From a virus (taxonomy: Duplodnaviria > Caudoviricetes): a stretch of 51,868 nucleotides of DNA. Within the stretch, counting starts at the first letter, position 1, and each line of letters starts with the position of its first letter. Below the pieces are notes generated by a model. That model was not told the DNA's origin, ran no database searches, and saw only the letters and a program-made list of their open reading frames with translations. Positions 1 to 9,687 of the stretch are shown here, one piece after another. The position numbers were made by a program, and so were the translations under genes. Location of the stretch: positions 1-51,868 of IMG/VR virus record IMGVR_UViG_3300009345_000002. One strand, written 5' to 3'.

Positions 1-30
1 TAGATAATAAAAACTATATGTTGTTTTATA

Positions 31-203
31 CTTTACTGTAAAAAAATGAACATGTTTTTTGTTAAACTACTGAAAAATAACAAAAGTGGTTTTTGTGATT
101 TACTGTAAAAAAATAACATTCTAATGCAAAAAAATAACATTGTTACTGTAAAAAAATAACATTGTTACTGTAAAAAAAGATTGATTTACTGTAAAAAATG
201 CCG
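31..203 (+). repeat. Left array of ~7 TTACTGTAAAAAAATAACATT-like units (21-22 bp period); imperfect inverted copy of 51546-51717
   Basis: Units near 33, 68 (short), 100, 121, 143, 165, 186; same order of units and AACATGTTTTT landmark on the opposite strand at the right end. Confidence 0.85.
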
Positions 204-262
204 TCAGTTTTTTAATTTATGTAATATTCTATAAAATAATAAGCAAATAAAGGAGGATAATT

Positions 263-526
263 ATGGATACAGTAAAATATAAACATAAAACGCAAGATTT
301 TAATATATATGTACAATTTAATTTATATCATGATAGATGCACAACGCAAGGATGCGAAAGATATTTTCAAGCATTGCAAGAAAATTACAAGCCGTATTTT
401 ACAAATATGCTAAATTTAGAGCGTAATTTTGTAATGGTTGGCAATGATAAAAGCGACCGAATACAAAAAAATATTAATATTTCAATAAAAAATGCAAAAA
501 AATACAAAAAGAGCTTGACTTTATAG
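263..526 (+). CDS. hypothetical protein (87 aa)
   Basis: ORF with strong AAGGAGG RBS. Confidence 0.7.
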   Translation: MDTVKYKHKTQDFNIYVQFNLYHDRCTTQGCERYFQALQENYKPYFTNMLNLERNFVMVGNDKSDRIQKNINISIKNAKKYKKSLTL

Positions 527-550
527 TAAAGTAGTTATATTATATAACTA
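515..550 (+). promoter_or_regulatory. sigma70-type early promoter with palindrome over -10
   Basis: TTGACT(515)-17-TATTAT(538); TAGTTATAT-T-ATATAACTA inverted repeat at 532-550. Confidence 0.75.
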
Positions 551-574
551 TAGACAAAAACAAATAAACAAAAA

Positions 575-889
575 ATGGTTTTAAAAATGAAATTTACAGA
601 ATTAAAAAAACAAGTTGCTGCAATACCATATTGCAACTCCTGGGAATATAACAACCTAACAATTATCACATATAACCACCACGGCAAAAAACTTGATATA
701 TATATTAATTTACAAGATGGCGTTTTTACTGGTGGCAGTTGCGACCTTTACAAAATAGATTTATCAATATATAACAGCCTTGCAAAAATTCAAGGTCTAT
801 GCGCCGACAGTTTAAGGGATATTATAAAAGCAGCCTTTAAATTTGAGCAAAACAGACAAAACAAGCTAATAAAACAAATATCAAAATAA
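575..889 (+). CDS. hypothetical protein
   Basis: ORF directly downstream of promoter and CA-rich leader. Confidence 0.65.
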   Translation: MVLKMKFTELKKQVAAIPYCNSWEYNNLTIITYNHHGKKLDIYINLQDGVFTGGSCDLYKIDLSIYNSLAKIQGLCADSLRDIIKAAFKFEQNRQNKLIKQISK

Positions 890-896
890 TTAAAAA

Positions 897-929
897 AGAC
901 TTTGGCCACTAGTCTATAAAATAAGTGGC
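897..929 (+). other. predicted H-type RNA pseudoknot (PK1)
   Basis: AGACT-TTG-GCCACT-AGTCT-ATAAAATA-AGTGGC: S1 AGACT/AGTCT, S2 GCCACT/AGTGGC. Confidence 0.5.
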
Positions 930-965
930 AACCTAAACAAACAAATAAAATAGAAAGTTAAAACA

Positions 966-1325
966 ATGAAAGAATTTAAAACAATTATAGCAGTAGCAGA
1001 ACAGGCAAAAAAAGAGGGATTAACTGTTTATTTATCAAAAGATAAGGCCCACGGTTTTTTTACTGATGGTAATTATTGCGTAAGCTTTGAAAATCCTTTG
1101 CATACTGGCCAAATATCACTAAGCACAAACCATAAACCAAACAGGTTATATGGCACAGGTTTTTGCATTAATGAGAATATGGCCGTTAAATATAGAGATT
1201 ACAAGCCAGTAACAGGAGCAATGCGCAATTATTTAGAATGCAATAAAAATGCAAAAATAACACCAGTAACAGAAAAAGAGCATCTTGCAACTTATGGCGC
1301 TTGCTGTGGCTTTACAAAATTTTAA
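966..1325 (+). CDS. hypothetical protein
   Basis: ORF in tightly packed early cluster. Confidence 0.7.
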   Translation: MKEFKTIIAVAEQAKKEGLTVYLSKDKAHGFFTDGNYCVSFENPLHTGQISLSTNHKPNRLYGTGFCINENMAVKYRDYKPVTGAMRNYLECNKNAKITPVTEKEHLATYGACCGFTKF

Positions 1326-1340
1326 AAGGATATTAAAACA

Positions 1341-1640
1341 ATGACACAGCTAACACCTGAAAGAATGGCCGAGGCCGAAAGAGAAAGAGTAAAAACAGTG
1401 CAACCAATTGTAAAAAAATATTGTGAATATATAAAAAAATATTGTGGCGCTAACGTTGAGCCGTGCGGCTGGTTTACAGAAATAAACAACAACAAGTTTA
1501 ATGTAGAACCATCAAGCGAGCAAGACCGCGAAAGAATAGCCTTTGACAGGATGGAGCGCGCAGGCCTTAAAGTTGAGCCGAACGGCGTAACAAGAATAGC
1601 CGTAACAATAAGCGATGCAATGAAAAAAATAACAATATAA
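1341..1640 (+). CDS. hypothetical protein
   Basis: ORF, AAGGA RBS. Confidence 0.7.
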   Translation: MTQLTPERMAEAERERVKTVQPIVKKYCEYIKKYCGANVEPCGWFTEINNNKFNVEPSSEQDRERIAFDRMERAGLKVEPNGVTRIAVTISDAMKKITI

Positions 1641-1653
1641 AGGATTTAACAAC

Positions 1654-1974
1654 ATGAAAACAATTAAACAACTATGCACAGCAAAAAAGCACCTTGATGC
1701 AATTAATTTTATTGATGGATTATGCGACGAAAAAAGCAACTTAATTTTTGGCTTTATATTAGAAAAAGACTCTTGCGACGAAAAAGCAAACGAAAAAATA
1801 ACAATCGGCGCGCAATATTGGAGATGGTCGGAGGCCGTGGCAGAGCTGCGCGAGTATGTAGAAAATAACAGCTTTAAGGCAACAAAAAAGGCCCTTGAAT
1901 ATCTTGAGGGGCTGGAGTGTGAAGAACTTCACGAGCTGCACGAATTAGCGCATAAATTTAACTTTTTAGATTAA
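1654..1974 (+). CDS. hypothetical protein
   Basis: ORF, AAGGA RBS. Confidence 0.7.
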   Translation: MKTIKQLCTAKKHLDAINFIDGLCDEKSNLIFGFILEKDSCDEKANEKITIGAQYWRWSEAVAELREYVENNSFKATKKALEYLEGLECEELHELHELAHKFNFLD

Positions 1975-1989
1975 TAGGGGGCTTATATA

Positions 1990-2346
1990 ATGAAAAGCAG
2001 AGACTTAAAAGCATATAGTCATAATTTAGAGACTTGCACTCACTCACTTGGCTGCATAACTTTAGAAATAACACAAACAAATAAAATTATATTTAAAACT
2101 ATAACAAGGGATGCGCAAACAGATATTTGCGAGCTAGCAAACTACTTTAATAATCAGCATTTAACAATCGGCCGCATGGTTATTGTATTAATGGATTTAT
2201 TTTATAATGATTATGCTAATAATGATTATATTGATTATATGCAAACATTTATAACAAAATTTAGGGGTTTATTTTCTCATGAGAAATTTTTTATTGAGTT
2301 TATAACAGAATTACAACTATTAGAAAGTAAAGAAAATGCAAGATAA
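1990..2346 (+). CDS. hypothetical protein
   Basis: ORF, AGGGG RBS. Confidence 0.65.
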   Translation: MKSRDLKAYSHNLETCTHSLGCITLEITQTNKIIFKTITRDAQTDICELANYFNNQHLTIGRMVIVLMDLFYNDYANNDYIDYMQTFITKFRGLFSHEKFFIEFITELQLLESKENAR

Positions 2347-2761
2347 TTTAAACAATATAGAAACTATTAAAAATAGATTAAAATTAGGCCGTGAAATTGA
2401 GTGCTTATGCGCTCCAGTTACTCAAGTAGATGAGGATTTTCCTTTAGGGTTTTACTCAAGTTGCACAATTGATGATTTTTGCGACGATGAGGACATGCAA
2501 GACTTTTTAAACGGATATCATGAGATTTTCAAGCCTTTGATGCAGGGCGGTAATAATGAGGCACTACATCAAAAAAATCAATATGAGGTTGATTGTATCA
2601 TTGAGATAACAGACTATAAAGAACATAATGAGCATGATATAATCAACAAGCTATGCAGTATGCAATGCAGCAAAAAGCCAGTTGATGAGATATGCAGCTA
2701 TTTAGATGACCAGGGGGTGGAGTACTCAGCACCATACAAAGACAAACAAAAAGAAAGCTAA
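2336..2761 (+). CDS. hypothetical acidic protein
   Basis: ORF overlapping upstream stop; D/E-rich. Confidence 0.7.
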   Translation: MQDNLNNIETIKNRLKLGREIECLCAPVTQVDEDFPLGFYSSCTIDDFCDDEDMQDFLNGYHEIFKPLMQGGNNEALHQKNQYEVDCIIEITDYKEHNEHDIINKLCSMQCSKKPVDEICSYLDDQGVEYSAPYKDKQKES

Positions 2762-2765
2762 ACAA

Positions 2766-2990
2766 ATGAAACAAGATATATTGTTAGAATATCACGACAA
2801 CAGCCTATTAAAAAAACAAGATAGATATTATAAAATAACTAGTGTTTATACTAGAATATCAAAAAAAAGATATGAAGATTTAATGCAGTCAAAAATGTAC
2901 ACTACAGAAGAAGAAAAGACTTGCGAACAATTCATATTGCATCAAGGCAAAAAAACAATTAAAACAACTTTAAGAGTTGCAAACCATTAA
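2766..2990 (+). CDS. hypothetical protein (start revised from 2706)
   Basis: In-frame ATG at 2766 just after upstream stop. Confidence 0.55.
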   Translation: MKQDILLEYHDNSLLKKQDRYYKITSVYTRISKKRYEDLMQSKMYTTEEEKTCEQFILHQGKKTIKTTLRVANH

Positions 2991-3007
2991 ACAGGGGGGC
3001 TTTATGC

Positions 3008-3346
3008 ATGCAAGACTACAGAAAATTAACAAACTTTGATAATGCTAGTTTATATGACCAATTCAGTTTTTTAATAAGTGATTTATCTTGTATGCTAGAT
3101 GGTTTTTATTTAACCAATAACAGGGGGTGTTTATGGGTAAATAGTAGTTTTTACTACTTACCTTTAAGAGTTGCAAAACAATATCTTAATACAGGATTAA
3201 ATGGGGCAGCATATAAAACTATTTATCTAGGTATTAAAGATATCAGAAAAGATTTTAAAGAATATAGTTTAATAGTAAATAAATGCGATGAGATAAAAGC
3301 AAAAATGCAAGAGATTAAACAAGTACAATTTGTAAAGAAAGGCTAA
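3008..3346 (+). CDS. hypothetical protein
   Basis: ORF, AGGGGG RBS. Confidence 0.65.
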   Translation: MQDYRKLTNFDNASLYDQFSFLISDLSCMLDGFYLTNNRGCLWVNSSFYYLPLRVAKQYLNTGLNGAAYKTIYLGIKDIRKDFKEYSLIVNKCDEIKAKMQEIKQVQFVKKG

Positions 3347-3350
3347 ACAG

Positions 3351-3548
3351 ATGAATACATTTAAAAATATACAGCAGAAAATATCCACTCGGGTGGATAT
3401 GGAGCGAGTAGTTATGAAAAGAGTTTTAAATAGTATGATTGCAGCATTGTCAGATGAATATAATAAAATTATCAGTCATTATAATATTAGTTATGTAGAT
3501 GATAATTATAATTTTAGAACTAGGGAGGGGCATCTTTGCAACAAGTAA
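3351..3548 (+). CDS. hypothetical protein
   Basis: ORF, GAAAGG RBS. Confidence 0.55.
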   Translation: MNTFKNIQQKISTRVDMERVVMKRVLNSMIAALSDEYNKIISHYNISYVDDNYNFRTREGHLCNK

Positions 3549-3742
3549 ATAATATTAAATATGAAATAAAAAAAGATATTATAGGCCAAAAGATCATTTT
3601 TAAAGTAGGTAAGGTTTATATTGATGATGTTTTTATTCATAAACATATAGGTAATTTTTATAATTCAGACGACTGGAAAATTATCACAAAAGATTTTAAG
3701 AAAAAAATAAATGAAATAACAAAGGATATTATAACAAAATGA
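3536..3742 (+). CDS. hypothetical protein (TTG start)
   Basis: GGAGGGG RBS before TTG; fills gap. Confidence 0.5.
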   Translation: MQQVNNIKYEIKKDIIGQKIIFKVGKVYIDDVFIHKHIGNFYNSDDWKIITKDFKKKINEITKDIITK

Positions 3743-4602
3743 AAAACTTAAGAACAGGCAAACTATATACAAACAGACACATTAGCAATTTAAAAATTAA
3801 TACTACAGGGGAGGGGGAGCTAGAAAGCATAACTCTAAAATTTAAAGAAAAGAAACACACAGTAAGACCAACCAAAAACGATAAATATTTTCAATTCTAC
3901 ATGGACGGATGCGTAAAAATCGGACAAAGTTTTTTAGATGAGGCAATTATTGATGCATGTAATATTATGAGTACAAGGTCGCAAGTTGAGTTAATTATTT
4001 ATAAAGACCAAACATGGCACGTGCAAAGAACAGGAATGTTTACAAGTGTAACTCATGAGCATAAAAGACATTTAAGCTTTACACATGATTGTAATAAAAT
4101 AGACCTTGGAATTTTGGCAGGGCTTGCACGTCATAAGCTTGATAATCAAAAATATAAGGTTTATGGGGTTGGGAGAGATAATACAATTCATTACATTGCT
4201 AATATTGAAAAGCCATCAGATATGAAAGCACAACATGTACTGGAAACATGGATGGAAACATTTTATAGCTGGAGAGGTATCAATAAGCACGAATTTGAGG
4301 ACTTTTTATTGGTTGACTACTATGATGATGACACTAGACACCCAAAAGCAACTAAAATGCCTAAAAAAATGTACTCTTTAATACTTGAAGATGATACAAT
4401 TCACAGAGCTTTTATTGATGAGATGGATTTAGAAGACGTTGATGAGGGGAAAATCCCATCTATATCAATTTATTTTGCGAATGCAACAAATAACATTATT
4501 GCACGCTCAGTATATGATAGACACGGTCAAGTAATGTTATCAGATGATGCGTATCCAAAACAAATACAATTAATTAACATAAAAGACTTGCAAAAAAACT
4601 AG
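3739..4602 (+). CDS. hypothetical protein (287 aa)
   Basis: Long ORF, ATGA overlap with upstream gene. Confidence 0.8.
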   Translation: MKNLRTGKLYTNRHISNLKINTTGEGELESITLKFKEKKHTVRPTKNDKYFQFYMDGCVKIGQSFLDEAIIDACNIMSTRSQVELIIYKDQTWHVQRTGMFTSVTHEHKRHLSFTHDCNKIDLGILAGLARHKLDNQKYKVYGVGRDNTIHYIANIEKPSDMKAQHVLETWMETFYSWRGINKHEFEDFLLVDYYDDDTRHPKATKMPKKMYSLILEDDTIHRAFIDEMDLEDVDEGKIPSISIYFANATNNIIARSVYDRHGQVMLSDDAYPKQIQLINIKDLQKN

Positions 4603-4623
4603 TTATATGATATAGTATAACTA
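4588..4623 (+). promoter_or_regulatory. sigma70-type early promoter with TAGTTATA...TATAACTA inverted repeat
   Basis: TTGCAA(4588)-17-TATAGT(4611); followed by CA-rich leader. Confidence 0.7.
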
Positions 4624-4661
4624 TAATAACAAATAAACAAATAAACAAAGAAAGTAAAAAT

Positions 4662-4793
4662 ATGTATAAGAACTCAATCATAGTTTTAATAATGTATGCA
4701 ATACTAACGGCTTTTAATTATTGGATTATTACAGATAAATTTGAAGCTATTAGTGCTCAATTAACAGATATAAATGTAAGATGTTGGAGATAA
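4662..4793 (+). CDS. small membrane protein (43 aa, not in ORF track)
   Basis: MYKNSIIVLIMYAILTAFNYWIITD...; first ATG after promoter/leader. Confidence 0.5.
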   Translation: MYKNSIIVLIMYAILTAFNYWIITDKFEAISAQLTDINVRCWR

Positions 4794-4795
4794 AA

Positions 4796-5278
4796 ATGAA
4801 AATATTAAAAGATTTTAAAAAAGTTATTCTTAGCGATGGCAACGAAATAAAAGGTAAAACACCTCTTGAGATTGCAGGTAGATTAGCAGTAGTCCTAGAG
4901 GGTGGGCATTATAAAGCAAGCAAAAATGCTCCTAGGTATGCACTTATGAAAACTCAAGAAGAACTAGGTGGAATGGTTACAGACTATGCTGCCGAAAGAA
5001 CAGATAGTCAAGAGCTATATTCTGATAGCCAACAAGCTGCTTTATTTGAGCATATAGGGGGGGCATATATTAAACATTATAATAATTGTCCTAAAAAATT
5101 ATTAAAAGAATGGAGAGTTAGAGTTGGTAATCATGGCAATTTTGTTACTAGAGTTATGAAAGATGGAGTTGATGATGCCCCTGGGGAAAATAAAGCAATG
5201 TTATTTACAGATCTTGATTCTTATTTCTTAGTTCAAAAATATAAACTAGTATTAAAAAGGTTTAAAATTAATGGTTAA
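4796..5278 (+). CDS. hypothetical protein (start revised from 4781)
   Basis: GGAGA RBS before ATG 4796. Confidence 0.7.
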   Translation: MKILKDFKKVILSDGNEIKGKTPLEIAGRLAVVLEGGHYKASKNAPRYALMKTQEELGGMVTDYAAERTDSQELYSDSQQAALFEHIGGAYIKHYNNCPKKLLKEWRVRVGNHGNFVTRVMKDGVDDAPGENKAMLFTDLDSYFLVQKYKLVLKRFKING

Positions 5279-5534
5279 AAGAGAATATAATAGTAAATAC
5301 TCTTATTGCTATCATATAGCTGAATTAGATGATAAACAGCTTGAAAAATGCAAAGGGGCAATATATAATTTTATGGTTGATAAATTAATGGAAAATCAAG
5401 AACCATACAAGGCATTAAATTTATCACTTAACTATGCAGTAGAATTATTTGATGAGAAATACTCAGAAGAATATGGAATAACAAAAGATTTGAAAGGAGT
5501 CAGTTTACTAAATGAAGATATTGACAACTTTTAA
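5271..5534 (+). CDS. hypothetical protein
   Basis: ORF overlapping upstream stop. Confidence 0.65.
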   Translation: MVKREYNSKYSYCYHIAELDDKQLEKCKGAIYNFMVDKLMENQEPYKALNLSLNYAVELFDEKYSEEYGITKDLKGVSLLNEDIDNF

Positions 5535-5862
5535 ATTTATAGCTGTTGCTTGGTTGTATATATATACAGAATATAATGACTATTCAGCAGTAAGTGAGGA
5601 TATGTTTTGGTTGGCAGTAGGTTTCTTAACTGGGACTATTATTGTTAAACTAATAGGGTTTTGCTATTGCCATAAGGCATTAGCAGATGCAGGAATATTT
5701 AGCTCAGTATCTGTGGCTATAAAGCTTAATGTCTACTTAATTATTAACTTCTACTTATTTATGGAAAACGAGTTATATATATTAGCAACATTATCATTTA
5801 TTGCTCAAGCATCTTATGCTGCACTAAATATTTATTACAACAACAAAAAAGATGGAGAATAA
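5512..5862 (+). CDS. putative multi-pass membrane protein
   Basis: Several hydrophobic segments; AAGGAG RBS. Confidence 0.65.
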   Translation: MKILTTFKFIAVAWLYIYTEYNDYSAVSEDMFWLAVGFLTGTIIVKLIGFCYCHKALADAGIFSSVSVAIKLNVYLIINFYLFMENELYILATLSFIAQASYAALNIYYNNKKDGE

Positions 5863-6058
5863 AATGATTAGTTTGTTCAAAAAATGTAGTAAATGTGGTA
5901 GAACTTTACCTTTCTTTATGTTTAGAAAAATAAGCAAAGGAGGTCAAGAGGCAGGAATGCCAAGCCGTGATTATAAATGTGATGATTGCAGAAAAGAATA
6001 TATGCGTAATTACTTACGCACTTATATGAGAACTTATAGAAAGAAAGGTAAAAAATAA
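5852..6058 (+). CDS. small zinc-finger protein
   Basis: CSKC...CDDC followed by basic helix. Confidence 0.65.
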   Translation: MENKMISLFKKCSKCGRTLPFFMFRKISKGGQEAGMPSRDYKCDDCRKEYMRNYLRTYMRTYRKKGKK

Positions 6059-6060
6059 AA

Positions 6061-6363
6061 ATGGATATGAGAAAACTAAGGCTTATGGCTAGGGTATCTC
6101 AAAAGGAGGCAGCTGAGATTATTAATGTATCTCAAGCTGCTCTATCCGATAAAGAGGTAAATCCAAAAAGAAAATTTACACCAGAGCAAGAAAAGATTTT
6201 ATATAGTCATTATTTTGATAAAATTAATAGTCTTTTTGATATTTTCCAACTTGCTGCTATTCAGCGTATTGACGATATAGATAAAAGGCTTAATCAAGAG
6301 CAAAAAAGAGAGTTAGCTGTAAGATTATTTAATTTAACAGAGGAGTTTATCAAAAATGTATAA
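6061..6363 (+). CDS. XRE/Cro-like HTH transcription regulator
   Basis: LRLMARVSQKEAAEIINVSQAALSDKE helix-turn-helix pattern. Confidence 0.75.
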   Translation: MDMRKLRLMARVSQKEAAEIINVSQAALSDKEVNPKRKFTPEQEKILYSHYFDKINSLFDIFQLAAIQRIDDIDKRLNQEQKRELAVRLFNLTEEFIKNV

Positions 6364-6562
6364 AGTAAAATTTAGAAGTTTAGGCAAAGATGTTGATATT
6401 GAAATTTCAGATGAAACATTTAAAAATGCCCAAAGGTTAAAATGTCGTAATATGTCAGCTGAAACAGAGACTTATCTTATTCTTTTATTTGATAGAGATG
6501 ACGAGGGAATTTTAGTTTTAGAAAAAAATTGTAAAAAAGTGCTTGACAAAAAGAGTAAATAG
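6356..6562 (+). CDS. hypothetical protein
   Basis: GAGGAG RBS, overlap with upstream stop. Confidence 0.6.
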   Translation: MYKVKFRSLGKDVDIEISDETFKNAQRLKCRNMSAETETYLILLFDRDDEGILVLEKNCKKVLDKKSK

Positions 6563-6579
6563 TTATATAATATAACTAT
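6543..6579 (+). promoter_or_regulatory. consensus sigma70 promoter with palindrome over -10
   Basis: TTGACA(6543)-17-TATAAT(6566); ATAGTTATAT-A-ATATAACTAT. Confidence 0.85.
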
Positions 6580-6606
6580 AAACAAAACTAAACAAAGGAA
6601 AATAAA

Positions 6607-7161
6607 ATGAAAATGGATAAAATAGCAAATAGTGGTAATGATGAATATTATACACCACTTTATGCAATAAAACCTATAGTTAAATATTTAAAAAAAGGGA
6701 GTACAGTTTGGTGTCCTTTTGATACAGATGATAGTCTTTATGTTAAATACTTAAAAGAAAATGGATTTAAAGTTTTAAATTCTCATATTGAAGATGGTAT
6801 TGACTTTTTTAATTATATAAAAGATTTTTCACCTATATGTGATTATATTATATCAAACCCACCATATAGTATTAAAACAGAAGTTCTTCAAGCTCTGTTT
6901 GATAATAATAAGCCATTTGCTATGTTAGTCGGTGTAGTTGGTATATTTGAAAGCCAAAAGAGATTTGATATGTTTAAATTAAATAAATTTGAAATAATGT
7001 ATTTTAATAGGAGAGTTGGGTATATGAATGATTACACTTCTGGAAAATGTGCATTAAGTCCTCCATTTTCTAGTGTATATGTATGCAATAATATATTACC
7101 AAGCCAGATAGTATTTGAATCAATAAATAAAAAAGAAATATTAATTAATAATGGAGAATAA
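6607..7161 (+). CDS. phage DNA N6-adenine methyltransferase
   Basis: DEYYTP, VWCPFD and catalytic IISNPPY motifs. Confidence 0.75.
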   Translation: MKMDKIANSGNDEYYTPLYAIKPIVKYLKKGSTVWCPFDTDDSLYVKYLKENGFKVLNSHIEDGIDFFNYIKDFSPICDYIISNPPYSIKTEVLQALFDNNKPFAMLVGVVGIFESQKRFDMFKLNKFEIMYFNRRVGYMNDYTSGKCALSPPFSSVYVCNNILPSQIVFESINKKEILINNGE

Positions 7162-8083
7162 AACAATGTCTATATTTGAAAATAAAACAATTACACATAA
7201 ATTTGAAACAGAACAAGAATGGCTTAATCTTAGGTCTAAAAAAACCTATATTACATCAACAGAGGTTGCAAGTATTAAAGGATGTGGCTTTGTTACACCT
7301 AATGAAGTATTTGAGGCTAAAATGACAGGTTATAGAAAAAAAATGCCTAATGATGTATTATTAGTTTGGGGTCAAGAATATGAGCATTTAGTTGCTGATA
7401 TGATGAAAAAAGTTTACGGTCTTATTGTAGAGCCAAACAAGGTATTTCAATCTCGTGGAGTTCTTGCAGCATCTTATGACTATGTTATTACAGGAATTGA
7501 TGAAAATGCCCCTAAAATGCTTAATATCCCATCTGATATTGTTGAGGTTATGGCAAAAGGTAAAAGAGTAAACTGTGAAATTAAATATGTATCGCCTTTA
7601 AAATGGGCTGAAGAGTGGGAGGGTGATGGCTTACCAGCTAAATACTTCTATCAAACACAAACACAAATGTTTGTAGATGGTGAGTTTGATGATACTTTTG
7701 TATTTACATTTTATGGTTTTAATCTTGAATATAGACATGTTACAGGCGATAAGTTTATTCAAGAGGGTATTTATGAAGATGCAAAAACATTTATTAATGA
7801 TTACATCTTAAAAGAAACACCACCACCAGCAGATTTTGCAAAAGATACAGAAGTTATTAAATACAGAGTAAAAAATAACTATGCTTATGATGAGCAAAAA
7901 AATGCTCAAGCTGAGTTAATTGAAGAATACTTTTCAAATAAAGCAGAGGCAGCAGCATTGAAGAAAAAAGATACAGCATTAAAGAATGAAATTCTAGCAG
8001 TATCAAAACTTGAGGGCCTATATGACGGCTATGAGATTAAAATTGATAAACGTGGGGCTATCTCTATTAAAAAAGGTAAGTAA
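7151..8083 (+). CDS. YqaJ/lambda-exonuclease family protein
   Basis: EWLNLR..ITSTEVASI, WGQEYE, AASYD, CEIK, YFYQTQTQM motifs. Confidence 0.85.
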   Translation: MENKTMSIFENKTITHKFETEQEWLNLRSKKTYITSTEVASIKGCGFVTPNEVFEAKMTGYRKKMPNDVLLVWGQEYEHLVADMMKKVYGLIVEPNKVFQSRGVLAASYDYVITGIDENAPKMLNIPSDIVEVMAKGKRVNCEIKYVSPLKWAEEWEGDGLPAKYFYQTQTQMFVDGEFDDTFVFTFYGFNLEYRHVTGDKFIQEGIYEDAKTFINDYILKETPPPADFAKDTEVIKYRVKNNYAYDEQKNAQAELIEEYFSNKAEAAALKKKDTALKNEILAVSKLEGLYDGYEIKIDKRGAISIKKGK

Positions 8084-8084
8084 C

Positions 8085-8456
8085 ATGGTTGATATTATAA
8101 ATGACAGTGGGTCTGATGCTAAAGAGGGAATGTATCCTGATGATTATTGGGCCGATATGGCTTATCTTGGTATCTTACATCCTGACCTTGAAGAGCATAT
8201 TGAAAAAGAAAAGAAAAGCATTGAAAAGTTTGAGAGAAGATGTAAGGCTAGAGCTGCTCAATACAATTTCAACAATAATGTTGCAAAAACAGGTAGTAAA
8301 ATAAGGTGTGCATTTTGTTTTAAAGAAACAACAAAAACACATTATCAAAAAAAATTCTGCTGTACTAAATGTAAAGATAGATATCATAACTCTGTAAATG
8401 AAGACAGAAGAAATAGAACAGAATTTAATTTAAGGCTAAAAGCAGGGAAAAAATAA
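8085..8456 (+). CDS. zinc-binding hypothetical protein (start revised from 8010)
   Basis: CAFC...KKFCCTKCKDRYHN; ATG 8085 after upstream stop. Confidence 0.6.
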   Translation: MVDIINDSGSDAKEGMYPDDYWADMAYLGILHPDLEEHIEKEKKSIEKFERRCKARAAQYNFNNNVAKTGSKIRCAFCFKETTKTHYQKKFCCTKCKDRYHNSVNEDRRNRTEFNLRLKAGKK

Positions 8457-8457
8457 A

Positions 8458-9687
8458 ATGAAAATTAAAGTAACACCAGAAATTAAGAAAGCTATGGATC
8501 TAGTTAAGAATACCGACAAAAATATTCTTATATCAGGCCAGGCAGGAACTGGAAAATCTTCATTTTTAGAATACTTTAAGCAGACTAATAACAATAAGTA
8601 TCAATGTGCATTTATTGCTCCAACTGGTACTGCTGCTGTAAACATAGGGGGCTGTACAATTCATAAGTTTTTTGGATTTAATACACAATTTCAAAATATT
8701 GATAATATTGACTTGTACAACTACCTATTTGCTAAAAATGATAATTTAAAAAAGGTTTTAGATAGCTTAGATTTTCTTATTATTGATGAAATTTCCATGG
8801 TTAGAGCAGATTTAATGGATGCTGTAATAGAAATGTTATCAAGAGTAAAGAAAAGAGTTAGAATTATTGCTCTTGGAGACTTAGGTCAATTAAGGCCAGT
8901 TCTAACAAACGATGAAAAAGATATCTTTTATAGACATTATGATGATACTCTTTTTTATAGTGCTAAACTATTTGAAAACTGGAATTGGGAAAAGGTTTTA
9001 TTCAAAAAGGTTTTTAGACAAAAAGACCCAGTAATGAAAGAACACTTAAACAATATTAGAAATAAAAGGAATTTACAAAAGTCACTTGCTTATTTCAATG
9101 AAAGATATGATCCTGAATTTAAAGGATATGGTATTAAAATCTGTAATCAAAATAAACAAGTTGATGAAATTAATGCTATAGAATTGCACAAGGTTAAGTC
9201 TCCAGAAATTATTGTAAAAGCAGATGTTGAGGGTGATTTTCCTGAAAATATATATCCTACACCTTTAGAAATTAAGTTTAAAGTAGGCGCTAAAGTTATG
9301 ACAATTAGAAATCATTACCAAGGTGAATATGTAAACGGAACAATTGGTACAATCATGGGATATAATGATAAAGACGGAAGTATCAGAATTAAGACAGAAG
9401 ATGGTAAAATTATTTTTGTAGAACGTAATAAATGGGAAAATAAACAATATAAATCTGATGGTGAAACACTTGAAGATGATGTTGCAGGAACTTTTGAACA
9501 ATACCCAATAAGATTAGCTTATGCTATAACTTCACATAAGTCTCAAGGAAAAACTTTTGATAGTGTGATTATTGATAGGGGCAGGGGGTTCTTTGCTTTA
9601 GGCCAGTTATATGTGGCATTATCAAGATGCACATCATATGATGGGATACACTTAATTAAAAAACTACAAAGGAGCGATGTAAAATGA
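8458..9687 (+). CDS. PIF1/RecD-like SF1B DNA helicase
   Basis: GQAGTGKS, APTGTAA, IIDEISMV, GDLGQL, AYAITSHKSQGKTFD, YVALSR. Confidence 0.92.
   Translation: MKIKVTPEIKKAMDLVKNTDKNILISGQAGTGKSSFLEYFKQTNNNKYQCAFIAPTGTAAVNIGGCTIHKFFGFNTQFQNIDNIDLYNYLFAKNDNLKKVLDSLDFLIIDEISMVRADLMDAVIEMLSRVKKRVRIIALGDLGQLRPVLTNDEKDIFYRHYDDTLFYSAKLFENWNWEKVLFKKVFRQKDPVMKEHLNNIRNKRNLQKSLAYFNERYDPEFKGYGIKICNQNKQVDEINAIELHKVKSPEIIVKADVEGDFPENIYPTPLEIKFKVGAKVMTIRNHYQGEYVNGTIGTIMGYNDKDGSIRIKTEDGKIIFVERNKWENKQYKSDGETLEDDVAGTFEQYPIRLAYAITSHKSQGKTFDSVIIDRGRGFFALGQLYVALSRCTSYDGIHLIKKLQRSDVK

Noticed and set aside
31-203. CRISPR array at the termini
   Set aside because: Units are nearly contiguous (~21-22 bp period) with no unique 25-40 bp spacers, and no cas genes are present
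5852-6562. Lysogeny/immunity switch
   Set aside because: HTH genes are co-directional, with no divergent cI/cro pair, integrase or att site seen
6607-7161. Sugar-phosphate nucleotidyltransferase
   Set aside because: A label often given to this family, but the NPPY and YTP motifs indicate an amino-methyltransferase
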